Source: Bacteroides sp.
GTDB taxonomy: Bacteria > Bacteroidota > Bacteroidia > Bacteroidales > Muribaculaceae
DNA length: 64,000 nucleotides
Assembly (NCBI GenBank): GCA_014802345.1
Contig: JAAVCM010000003.1
Span: 6,890-70,889 of the forward strand
Direction: 5' to 3'
Below, in pieces: positions 27,490 through 36,877 of this stretch; position 1 is the stretch's first letter; each line of letters starts with the position of its first letter. The notes beneath the pieces were generated by a model. It searched no databases, was not told the DNA's origin, and saw only the letters and a program-made list of their open reading frames with translations. The translations under genes were made by a program, and so were the position numbers.

Positions 27490-30400
27490 TTAGAGAATCA
27501 GTTTCTCGACAGTGATATTGCCGTTAGAGTCGCGCTTCTTGATGATGTTGACTCCGTTGACGGGATTATCGTGGCGGTAGCCGTGGATGTCGTAGATACC
27601 GATGATGATCTGGCCGTCGTCAACGGGGAGGGCAATGGAGCTTTCCGAACCGTAGACGGGAGCCTTGGGGCTGAGACCTCCGTATTCGTTGACGGCACGG
27701 ATGGCATACTCCTCGGGAGTAGCGTCGTTGATGGCATAGGTCGGTTCGGTGACGAAGCCTTCGACTTCGTCATTGTGGAGGATGACATAGCAGATGGCGT
27801 AGGGGACGGCATCCCAAGTGATGATTCCATTGCTGAACTTTGGTTCGGGAGCGGCACAGGCTTCGGTCTTGATGACAGGTTCCCAGTTGTCATTGCCGGA
27901 GAGGACGTTGCGGACGGTGTACTGTGCGGCTTCTTCGTCAGTGAGGAAGTTTTTAGCCTTTCCGTAGACCTTCTCGCCGTCGACAGTCTTGTAGTAAGTA
28001 TCGCGGCGGTGTGAAAGGTCGACAGGATTTCCATTGCCGTCGACGGTATTGTAGTCAGCCCAGAGAGCGGGGAGGCCACCCATTGTCTCATACCATCCCG
28101 TGGCAGGGATTGTCACTTCGGCGCGGGTATTGAGGAATACTGTCTTGGGGGAGTTATGCCACGGACGGCCAAGCCATACGTCGGTTTCGGAGGGTACGCC
28201 GGGAGCGGTGATTGTACAGTTGTTGAACACATAGCCCCACTTGACATCGGCTGCATGGGAGGGAGCCACAATGTAGCCACCGCTCTTGCGGTTGATGTAG
28301 AGGGTGGTGTTTTCGACGTAGAGGTCACCGCTGTTGTAGATGAAGTCAACGGCACCTTCGATGAACGAATTACGGACGTAGGCACGGTAGGCAGAGTTGG
28401 AAGTAGTAATCCAAGTGTCCTGATAGGAGAGCATGGCTACGTTATTGAAGATTGCACGGTCGCCGGAGGTGTTGAGGGCGAGAGCCTGCGGTCCTGCCTG
28501 CTGCTTGTGTCCGTAGGAGTTTTCAAGGGTGATATTCTCGAAGAAGCAGTCATCGGAATTGACGACCACGGTAGCGCCGACGCTCACATGGAGGGCATTT
28601 TCACCGCCGCAGAGCTTGTCGTCAAGAATTATGGTGTTGTCGCGGTCCTGACCGATGATGTGCATATATGGCTTCGACTTTGGTATGTCGATGTGTTCGT
28701 TGTACTCACCGTTTTTCACGAAGATGAGCCAAGGTTTCACACGGTCTGCGGGTGCACCGTCAATGGCTGCCTGAACCGAAGTGTAGTCGCCTGAGCCATC
28801 CTTTGCGACAATTGCGTCAAAGAGGCGTGGTTCGGGCTGGGTACGTTCCATAGTGGTGAAGGTGAGTGTGGTTCCGGCAAACGCATTGCCGCTGCGGTCC
28901 ACGATGGCACCTGCGGGGACAGTGAAAGTGTAGGTTGTCCCGTAGCTGAGACCGGCATAGTTGTAGATGATGCTCTTGCCGCTTTCAATGGGTTTGAGTG
29001 TCTCGCCGTCGAGAGTCGCAGCACCGTTTCCGGCCTTGACTTTCTCGTCAAACGTAAGGATTATTGAACCTGTTGCTGATACGTTGTCCGACTTATCGGC
29101 GGGAAGGGTGGTGACGAGAGTGGGAGCCGTGCTGTCGTTGGCGGTTTCCTTGTCGGCGAGGATAAAGAGTTCGGCGATGCAGAGACCATCATAGTCAGTC
29201 TCATTACCTACGAGGGGCGAATCAGTATCAGGCATGAAGCGTACCCACACCTTCGGCTGATTGTCGGCATCGGCAGGGAGCTTGAACTCGTTGACGGTCC
29301 ATCCGGTCTGCAATTCGTATGTCCCGACAGTCTTGTATTCCTTGCCGTCGATGCTGTACTGCACGTTGTTGATGGAATACGAGTTGTAGGAGATGCCGAG
29401 AGCGGCTGAAACGACGATGTTGGAGTAGCCTACCGATGAGAACGACACCTCAAAATAGTTGCCTTCCGAGCGGAGTTTCCAGATTCGTGCGCCCCATTTA
29501 CCGTTTTCAGAGCCGTTGCCGATACCACGGGTGAGCCATGAGGTTGTCTTCCCCTCCGCGTTGTGTAGACTGAGCAAACCGGCATTGTCACTTTCGTCCT
29601 TATAGTCGGCTGCACGCTCGGAGGCGGGTTGGTCGTTGTAGAAGTCCCATCCTACGATATAGTCGGCAGCCGAGAAGGTGGCGGTGAGGTTCTTTTCGCT
29701 ATCGACGGTGATGTCGCGTGTCGGGGAAGTAGTGTTGTCCTCCCAGTTTGTGAAGGTGAGTATACGGTTGTTGGATGTAGCGAGGCGCACTTCGGTTCCT
29801 TCCTCGTAGTAGTGGACACCGTTTTCAATATAGCCTTCGGGCTGGAAGGTCACCATATTGGGATTGGCACCCCCTTCGAGCTTGAGGTTAAGGGCATAGA
29901 CATTGTTGATGTCATAGTTGGCGGTCAGTTCGGTGTCGGCGGTGATTTCGAAACGATAGGGATTGTCGGTGGATACGACATTGCCGACGGCGTCGGTCCA
30001 CGATGTGAAGTGGTAACCGAAATTTTCCGATGCCGAGACGGTCAGGAGTGTACCGCTGTCAAATTCATTTCCGGCGGGAGCGTATGAAAGCGAACCTGCA
30101 CCATCGACAGCCGATTTGAGGTTGAACGAGTAGACGGGGACAGCTTCAACCTGACCGTCAGCCACGCCGTAGAGAGTCAGATTGGCGAAACCATACTCCT
30201 TGTTGGATGCGAGTTTGTTGATGTAGAGGATGATTGTCAGTGCCTCGGATGAAGCATCGAAACCCTCGATTGCCTCTTCGAAACGGGTGAAATTGATACC
30301 GTCGCCGTTATTATTGCGGGCGGGGACGAGTGCATCGTTGACCATCACGCTCTTGTCGCCGCGACGGACTTCAAGACCGATGTTGCCGCCTCCTGTGCCA

Positions 30401-31362
30401 TGCTTGCTGGCTTCGAAGCTGAACATGGTCGGACGGAATGTAATGCCGCTCTTGGGGATTACTGTCATGATGAGCGCATCATTTTCGGTGAAATCTGAAC
30501 CGTTGTTGTTGGAGGGCTTGAAGAGGCTCTGGGTGGCACCCCCTTCGGGTGAGCCGATCTTTGTGAGGGTGAGGCCGGGGCCGACAGCGAGTTCACAGAC
30601 TGAGAAGAGTCCCTGCAAGCTCTGCGTCGCGGCGAGTTCGGGAGTGGTAGAGCCTAGAGGCCACGAGAAGTTGATGTCGGCGTTTTCGGCAGAGGGGAGA
30701 GCTTCCATCTTGCTGCCGGTAACGGTGAGCGATGTGAGGTTCCAGTTTGTCGTTCCGGCGGTCGGGAAAAGACGGATGATGACATTTTCCTTATTGTTGG
30801 CAGAGATGTCGACGTGGCTGTTGACGTAGGTGAACCATGTGCCGGATGTGGGTTTCGTACCTGCATTGACCCAAGTGTTACCGCCGTCGGTGGAGACAGC
30901 CATAGCCACGGGAGTCTCCGTATTGTTGCCGGGGGCGATGGCATAGTCGACGGCGATGTCGCGGTAGCCGGTGGTCGGGAACGAAGCCTGATAGTAGACT
31001 TTATGCTGCGCAGGATCGGTGTAGTCGGTTACACTGCTGTTGTCAAAAGTGTTTTCAATGCGGAAAACCTGTGTCTCCCAACCGGTGCATATCTGCCAGT
31101 AACGGCCGTCGGAGTAGGCAGTCATTTCCCCTGTACCTTCTTCGGGAAGGATATGGGGGATGGCGCTGTTGAACCATAGTGCATCTGTATTACTTACGGC
31201 TACTGACGCATCAGGAGTGTAGGTGTAGTCATTTTCGTTCTGTGTGACCTTATAGCCTGTGTCAAAGGTCCACGATGCAAGCGTCACGCTCTGGGCGGAG
31301 ACTTGGGCGGTTCCCGCGAGGGCAAGAGCGGCGAGCAGTGATGTAAGGTTGTTCTTTAACAT
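27490..31362 (-). CDS. Multidomain secreted pectin methylesterase (CE8) with InlB-B-like repeats, Ig-like domain and T9SS-type C-terminal domain
   Basis: VAKDGSGDYTSVQAAID, QALAL, SYQDT, IEGAVDFIY, WLGRPW; GYHFTSWTD repeat; C-terminal IYDIHGYRHDNPVNGVNII...EKLIL. Confidence 0.88.
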   Translation of the reverse strand: MLKNNLTSLLAALALAGTAQVSAQSVTLASWTFDTGYKVTQNENDYTYTPDASVAVSNTDALWFNSAIPHILPEEGTGEMTAYSDGRYWQICTGWETQVFRIENTFDNSSVTDYTDPAQHKVYYQASFPTTGYRDIAVDYAIAPGNNTETPVAMAVSTDGGNTWVNAGTKPTSGTWFTYVNSHVDISANNKENVIIRLFPTAGTTNWNLTSLTVTGSKMEALPSAENADINFSWPLGSTTPELAATQSLQGLFSVCELAVGPGLTLTKIGSPEGGATQSLFKPSNNNGSDFTENDALIMTVIPKSGITFRPTMFSFEASKHGTGGGNIGLEVRRGDKSVMVNDALVPARNNNGDGINFTRFEEAIEGFDASSEALTIILYINKLASNKEYGFANLTLYGVADGQVEAVPVYSFNLKSAVDGAGSLSYAPAGNEFDSGTLLTVSASENFGYHFTSWTDAVGNVVSTDNPYRFEITADTELTANYDINNVYALNLKLEGGANPNMVTFQPEGYIENGVHYYEEGTEVRLATSNNRILTFTNWEDNTTSPTRDITVDSEKNLTATFSAADYIVGWDFYNDQPASERAADYKDESDNAGLLSLHNAEGKTTSWLTRGIGNGSENGKWGARIWKLRSEGNYFEVSFSSVGYSNIVVSAALGISYNSYSINNVQYSIDGKEYKTVGTYELQTGWTVNEFKLPADADNQPKVWVRFMPDTDSPLVGNETDYDGLCIAELFILADKETANDSTAPTLVTTLPADKSDNVSATGSIILTFDEKVKAGNGAATLDGETLKPIESGKSIIYNYAGLSYGTTYTFTVPAGAIVDRSGNAFAGTTLTFTTMERTQPEPRLFDAIVAKDGSGDYTSVQAAIDGAPADRVKPWLIFVKNGEYNEHIDIPKSKPYMHIIGQDRDNTIILDDKLCGGENALHVSVGATVVVNSDDCFFENITLENSYGHKQQAGPQALALNTSGDRAIFNNVAMLSYQDTWITTSNSAYRAYVRNSFIEGAVDFIYNSGDLYVENTTLYINRKSGGYIVAPSHAADVKWGYVFNNCTITAPGVPSETDVWLGRPWHNSPKTVFLNTRAEVTIPATGWYETMGGLPALWADYNTVDGNGNPVDLSHRRDTYYKTVDGEKVYGKAKNFLTDEEAAQYTVRNVLSGNDNWEPVIKTEACAAPEPKFSNGIITWDAVPYAICYVILHNDEVEGFVTEPTYAINDATPEEYAIRAVNEYGGLSPKAPVYGSESSIALPVDDGQIIIGIYDIHGYRHDNPVNGVNIIKKRDSNGNITVEKLIL

Positions 31363-31389
31363 TATTATTAGGTATTAAAATTATGGTTT

Positions 31390-33300
31390 TCAGTTTCTGT
31401 AAATCATTTTACGGGTTTGGGTCGAGCCGTCGGCGAAAGTATCACGGACAATGTAGAGTCCGTCGGTGGGATTATCGACACGGATACCCTGAACGGTATA
31501 ATAGGTAGTTTCGGCAGGAGTCTCGGAAATCACGCTTGTGAGGGAGGAATTGTCGCCGGCAAAGGTATAGCCATGGATTTTGACATCAGAGAGGCAGAAA
31601 GTCTTGCCTGTCGCAGCCCCGTTGTACCACGGATAGAAGCGGAGCCTTACCGACTATCCGCCGTCGAGGGAGATAACGGGAGTCACTTTTCCGTCAAGCA
31701 TATTGTTGGCGGGCATTTTTTCCTTGGAGTAGATTAGCTGGGGATTTGCAAAATCGTCGTCGGTAGAGTAATAGACGTGGACACACATACCGTTGCCACC
31801 GCAACCGCACATATAGTAGCTGATTTCATCGATTTTCAGAGTTGTTTCCGGCATTGCTGTCAGACCGAACTCAATGTAGCGGGTGCTTACTTCGTCGATT
31901 TCCCCGGCAGGCCATGCATCGCCGTTGATGAGGTTGCGCTGGGTTTTACGTGTGGTTTCAAATCCGGTGCCTTCGGGCCACACGGTGTTTGCATTGGGGT
32001 TGGAATAACGCTGGACATACATACCCTCCCACTTCTCCGGGATTACAGTGGCGGGGCCGGTCAGTTCATAGCTATCATCCTTTTCGAGACGCCAGTAAGC
32101 TGTGACCTCCGTGCCTCCGGAAAGCTCTACGGCAGTTGCGGTCACGGGTATTGTGAGGGTCTTTTCACCGGCGGTCACAACGACGCTTTCTTCTGTCGTG
32201 CCATTACTGACGAGCGGAAGGCGGACATAAAAGCGGTCGATGATGGTTCCTGCATCGTAGTGCATGGAGGCTGTCTGCGCCCAGTTGGTCTTGTCGGTTG
32301 AGACGAGCAAGTTGCCCGATGTGGTGATGGAGACTTCGCCGCTTGCAGGTGTGAGGTCGAAGCCGCTGAGCATAAACTCTTTTGAAAGTTCCTGACCTTT
32401 GTAGCCTTCACCGAGGTCGGCAGATGAGGGGGAGATGCTGAGATCGGATGTCAGGCGGATAGCGTCCGCCATAATTCCGGCCTCCTGACAGAGACCGGCG
32501 AAACGGCGTGCGATGAGGGCTGCCCCGGTCGCACTGAGATGGGTCGAACCCTGTCCGTCGCCGAGGAGTTCATGGCAGGGAGTGTCACCGTAGCTCAGAT
32601 AGAGGTCGGCGGTAGCGGTGGTGAGGTCAATGAAGGGGACATCCATCTCTTCGGCTACGGATTTCATCTGATAGACATAGTCCATCGAGTGGTCATCAGC
32701 GGGTACTGACTGCTTTTCGAGAATACCGTTTTCTGTAACCTTTGAGAAGCTGTCGCCGAGGTCGTGACGACCGTTACGGCGGATGGTATTGCCGGAGAAA
32801 TACATACGGCAGACGGGACCACAGAGAATCGGGGTGCAGCCTGCCTCGCGTGTCTCGTTGACATATTTGCGAAGGTAGTCCTTATAGGTGGTCGAAGGGT
32901 TGGTGCCACGGTAGTCGGTTGCTGATGCAGTGGCATTGTCGCTGATGGAGGTGTAGTAAGCCTTGACCTCGTCGCCGTCCATGCCTGATGTCTTCTCGTC
33001 GTTGTGGGCAAACTGGATTACGACATAGTCGCCGGGTTGCAACTGCTTTTTGACCGATGTCCAGAAGGAGGCTTCCTGATAGAAACTTTTGCTGGATGCA
33101 CCGTTCTTTCCACGGTTATTGACTTCAATACCGTCGAGGAACTGCTGGAGATACTGGCACCATCCTCGGGTGACGGTGGCCGATTCGTCGTAGTTGGCCA
33201 TTGTGCTGTCACCGATGGTATGCACTTTTTTTGCTGCATCGGCCGTCAGCGGTATTGCACTGAGCATGGCGGCTGCGATGAGGGTGTTGATTCTTTTCAT
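31390..33300 (-). pseudogene. SGNH/GDSL esterase (CE12 rhamnogalacturonan acetylesterase-like) interrupted by an in-frame TAG at 31656-31654; frame continues 87 codons to TGA at 31390
   Basis: IGDST, GW, GASSKSF, IQFAHND, STHLS; after TAG: SVRLRFYPWYNG...YYTVQGIRVDNPTDGLYIVR...TRKMIYRN (T9SS-type CTD). Catalytic domain itself is intact. Confidence 0.75.
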
Positions 33301-33339
33301 GGTTAATCTTTATGATGTGGAGTAATGGTTTTACAGATG

Positions 33340-33409
33340 CAAATTTACTCCATCATTACCTCGCAGCAGGGTAAAATCGGTTCAAAAGGGTGGTAAAAAA
33401 GCTCCAAAA
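33340..33409 (-). promoter_or_regulatory. Promoter (-7 TAAATTTG at 33347-33340) with upstream 18-bp direct repeat, 22-bp period
   Basis: GGTAAAATCGGTTCAAAA (33370-33387) and GGTAAAAAAGCTCCAAAA (33392-33409), 14/18 identical. Confidence 0.5.
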
Positions 33410-33435
33410 CAACGTTTTGGAGCTTTTTTACCACC
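33389..33435. terminator. Perfect 22-bp inverted repeat; terminator after mlaD
   Basis: GGTGGTAAAAAAGCTCCAAAAC-aac-GTTTTGGAGCTTTTTTACCACC. Confidence 0.8.
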
Positions 33436-33460
33436 TAAGGGATGGCCTATACCATTGAGA

Positions 33461-34384
33461 TTAGAAAATCTTGATTGAGGGAATGTAGCGCTTGGGCTGT
33501 TTCTTTAAGTCGCGGAGGATACTGTCGACATCGGCAGCACTGTTGTTGAGATTGTTGTACAGCGAGGGGTCGTTGAGGAGCAGTCCGAGGGTCGAATTGG
33601 TCGAATTGAGCTGTTCGGTTGCCAGATCGAGGTTGGCGGTGATGCGGTTGATGTTGCGCATAGTTGAGTCGAGCGGCATATCCTTGAGATCCTCGGAGAG
33701 AACTGCGAGGGCGGCTGAGATGCGGGTCAGGTTGGAAGATACTTCCTGAACGTTTGTCATGGTGCCGTTGGCAGCGGTGACAATCGCGGGTACGCCCTTC
33801 ATGGCTGAATTGAGATGCTTGGTCGAGGTTTCAAGATTTGCCAGCACATTGTCGAGACGTTGGATTGATGTGGTGAGTGCCGGATCGGAGGCTATTGCAG
33901 TGAGAGCCATGACGAGTGAGTCGATGTGGGGGGCGATGTTCATGACCGAGGGCATAAGCTCATTGCTGAGTTTCTCCACCATTCCTCCGCGTGTCTCACC
34001 TTCGAGACGGTCACCGATTTTATAAAACTGGTCGCTTGTGGCCATCTGAATTTCCACGCTTGAAGTGCCGAGCATATCGGTCACGATGTCGGCCTTCGTC
34101 CCTACGGGGATTTTGAGCTGCTTGTCGAGGTTGAGTTCGACAAGGACATGGCCGGGATTGTCATACTCATAATTGATTTCGCGCACAAGACCGACCTTGT
34201 AGCCGTTGAGAGTGACGGGAGCCGACTGCGTGAGACCTGCTACGTTGGTGTAGGACACATAGTAGTAGTTGGCTGATTTAAAGATGTTGATGCCTTTAAG
34301 ATAGTCAATGCCAAAAAAGAGAATTAGCAGCGAGAGCAGGGCGGTTGCTCCGATAATCAGTTCCTTGGAAAATAATTTTTTCAT
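33461..34384 (-). CDS. MlaD/MCE family protein
   Basis: N-terminal TM, GLTQSAPVTLNGYKVGLV, helical tail GLLLNDPSLYNNL. Confidence 0.9.
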   Translation of the reverse strand: MKKLFSKELIIGATALLSLLILFFGIDYLKGINIFKSANYYYVSYTNVAGLTQSAPVTLNGYKVGLVREINYEYDNPGHVLVELNLDKQLKIPVGTKADIVTDMLGTSSVEIQMATSDQFYKIGDRLEGETRGGMVEKLSNELMPSVMNIAPHIDSLVMALTAIASDPALTTSIQRLDNVLANLETSTKHLNSAMKGVPAIVTAANGTMTNVQEVSSNLTRISAALAVLSEDLKDMPLDSTMRNINRITANLDLATEQLNSTNSTLGLLLNDPSLYNNLNNSAADVDSILRDLKKQPKRYIPSIKIF

Positions 34385-34467
34385 AATCGGTGGATGATTC
34401 TATGGCCGTATGGCTGATTCGGATGATTGATGACTGTTCGTTTTTTGGGAGGAGGGGTAGGGATGGG

Positions 34468-35637
34468 TTATTTGATGCGTTTGCCGTCACGCGTCTTGAT
34501 GACGAATGCGTCCGGGAAGAGTTTCTTCACCTGTTTGAGGCGGGCAGAGGCGTCCGCCTGATTCCGGAAAGCGCCGGTCGTGTACTTGCAGGTCTTTCCG
34601 TCTTTATAATAATCCACGTCTTTCAGACCTTTCAGACGGGAGTCGTTTTTCTTCAGGGGGGTGGGAGAGGTGAGGAATTGTACCTTGTAGATTATCTCAT
34701 CACCGGCAGTGGCACGGTCCTTATCGGCTTTTGTCCGTGAGGCTTCGCGGCTCTCCTTACGTGAGGATTTTTCCTCTTTCTGCTGGTTGCGCTCGGCATT
34801 GCGGTCCTCTGCCTGTCGGATTTCAGTCATTGTCGGGGTTACTTTACCCTTTGCGCGTGTGGAGTTGCGCCGGTAACGCTCGATACCTTTGTAGATAGCG
34901 AGTGCGAGTTTGTCCTGACCCTGTTCGGATGCCATGAATTTCTCCATGGCGGGATTGCATATAAAGTCGAGTTCGACGAGGATGGCGGGCATTGTCGTGC
35001 CGACAAGTACCCAGAAGGGTTCCTGACGGACACCGTGGTTCTTGCGTCCGGCGGTGCGGACAAGCTCATTCTGCACAGCCTCGGCGAGCGCGATGCTCTG
35101 GTCGATGTTGGAATGTTGCATCATCTCGAAGGCAATGTAGCTTTCAGCCGACGAGGGGTCAAATCCGGCGTAGGTCGTCGTGTAGTCGGGTTCAAGTTTG
35201 ATTACACCGTTCTCACGCATTGCAAGGCTCAGGTTGGTGTCGCTCTTACGGAGTCCGAGTGTGTAGACGGCCGAACCGCAGATGGTGTTGTGGAGAGGTG
35301 ATTTTTTGTCGACAGAATTGGCATGGATTGAGACGAAGATGTCGGCGTGCTTACGGTTGGCCATGTCGGGACGTTCTTTAAGGGTCACGAAATAGTCGCC
35401 GTCGCGCGTCATCTCGACCTTGGCATCCTTCATCTTGGAGTTGAGCAGGTTGCGCAGCTTTTTAGACACGGCAAGATTGATGCTTTTCTCGTTGGTCTTC
35501 AGTCCGAGAGCACCGGCATCCTTGCCTCCGTGTCCGGGGTCAATCATAACGATGAATTCTTTATCCGCCTCAGCGTGGACGAAGGCGGGAAGCAGCATGA
35601 CTATGATGAGGAATTTTATGAAGCGTGTCAGTGACAT
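34468..35637 (-). CDS. N-acetylmuramoyl-L-alanine amidase (Amidase_3) with SPOR-like C-terminus
   Basis: IDPGHGGKDAGA, EKSINL, FVSIHAN, MPAILVE; ATG 35637 preferred. Confidence 0.9.
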   Translation of the reverse strand: MSLTRFIKFLIIVMLLPAFVHAEADKEFIVMIDPGHGGKDAGALGLKTNEKSINLAVSKKLRNLLNSKMKDAKVEMTRDGDYFVTLKERPDMANRKHADIFVSIHANSVDKKSPLHNTICGSAVYTLGLRKSDTNLSLAMRENGVIKLEPDYTTTYAGFDPSSAESYIAFEMMQHSNIDQSIALAEAVQNELVRTAGRKNHGVRQEPFWVLVGTTMPAILVELDFICNPAMEKFMASEQGQDKLALAIYKGIERYRRNSTRAKGKVTPTMTEIRQAEDRNAERNQQKEEKSSRKESREASRTKADKDRATAGDEIIYKVQFLTSPTPLKKNDSRLKGLKDVDYYKDGKTCKYTTGAFRNQADASARLKQVKKLFPDAFVIKTRDGKRIK

Positions 35638-35792
35638 ACAGAGGAAAATTCTTAGCCAAATTTTGGGCAAAGTTAGCAAAACTCTCCCTAAAAGCCATTT
35701 CTTAGGCTTAAATTTGTGCGCAAATGCCAAAAAATAGCTATTTTTGAACAATCATTCACATATAATTTGTTCATAGAATCCCTTCAGAAATT

Positions 35793-36761
35793 ATGTCGCG
35801 CGCGTTTTTGATATATGTACCGGTACTTCTGTCGTCACTTGTCGCCATGCTTTTTTCGGGGTGTGGCTCTGACCCGAAGACGGCACCGGTAGAGGTCCAC
35901 AGGCTTGATCTCGCTCTGCGGGGCGGGGGTCCTCTTGATGCGGACTGTACCAATGCGGCTGCTGAACTATTCCGCATTTCAGGCTACGGAGAGCTTAACG
36001 ATTCCTCTCTTTCGCGCTACGCTTCCGCTCCCGGCATAAGGCTCCACGAGCAGGCGGTCGATTCCGTATGGAATGCACGGAGAATTACGAAACTTGAAAG
36101 CTCACTCGGAAATATGAAGGCACGCATGGCTCATATTTTCCCTGATATGCGTTTCCCGGGAGTCTATGCCATAGTCTCGCCGTTCAATCAGTCGGTGTTC
36201 ACCGTCGACACTGTCCTTTACCTCGGTCTTAACCATTATCTGGGTCAGACTTACGAGCCTTACGGATATTTTCCGGACTATGTAAGGGCGCGGAAGGTTC
36301 CGGGACGGGTGTTGCCCGACATTGCGGAGGCTCTTCTGCGCCGCGACTATCCCTATCAGCCTCAGGGTGACTATCCGACAGCTCTTTCACGGCTTCTTTA
36401 CGAAGGTGCGCTTGTGGAGGCGGAGATGCAGCTTTCCGGCGTAAGCGAACAGGAGGCACTGGGCTATGATGACGGGCAGATGGCTTGGCTTAACCATAAT
36501 GAAAAGGAACTTTGGGAAACTATCGTGGGGCGGAAATATCTTTTCAGCACCGACCCGCAGATAGCCCTTTCGTTGGTCAATCTCTCACCGTTCACAGGAC
36601 TGTTCGGTCAGGAAGTTCCCGGGGCAGTCGGGCGATTCATCGGTCACCGCATCATCAATTCCTATCTCGACAACCACGCTGTCCCCCTCTCCGAACTCCT
36701 CTCGCCCTCCTTCTACGAATCCACCACCGCACTCGCAGATTCAAGATATAGACAGATATAA
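35793..36761 (+). CDS. gldB: GldB-like lipoprotein
   Basis: Lipobox FSGC; SPFNQSV, LGLNHYLG, YLFSTD, PGAVGRFIGHRII. Confidence 0.75.
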   Translation: MSRAFLIYVPVLLSSLVAMLFSGCGSDPKTAPVEVHRLDLALRGGGPLDADCTNAAAELFRISGYGELNDSSLSRYASAPGIRLHEQAVDSVWNARRITKLESSLGNMKARMAHIFPDMRFPGVYAIVSPFNQSVFTVDTVLYLGLNHYLGQTYEPYGYFPDYVRARKVPGRVLPDIAEALLRRDYPYQPQGDYPTALSRLLYEGALVEAEMQLSGVSEQEALGYDDGQMAWLNHNEKELWETIVGRKYLFSTDPQIALSLVNLSPFTGLFGQEVPGAVGRFIGHRIINSYLDNHAVPLSELLSPSFYESTTALADSRYRQI

Positions 36762-36797
36762 TATCAATATATAAACAGATATAATATCAATATATAA
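36752..36797. repeat. Exact 23-bp tandem duplication overlapping the gldB stop
   Basis: ACAGATATAATATCAATATATAA x2. Confidence 0.85.
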
Positions 36798-36799
36798 AG

Positions 36800-36858
36800 A
36801 GCATATAAAGAGCTGAACTACACCAGTTAAGAAGGTGTATTTCAGCTCTTTATATGCT
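36800..36858. terminator. Long hairpin between convergent genes (bidirectional terminator)
   Basis: AGCATATAAAGAGCTGAA-c-TACACC ... GGTGTA-t-TTCAGCTCTTTATATGCT. Confidence 0.7.
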
Positions 36859-36877
36859 GGGTTTCAATATTTGTAGC

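Noticed and set aside
31654-31656. Genome-wide TAG reassignment or pyrrolysine use
   Set aside because: Other genes here end normally at TAG (e.g. 2974, 41144, 52916) and no pyl genes are visible.
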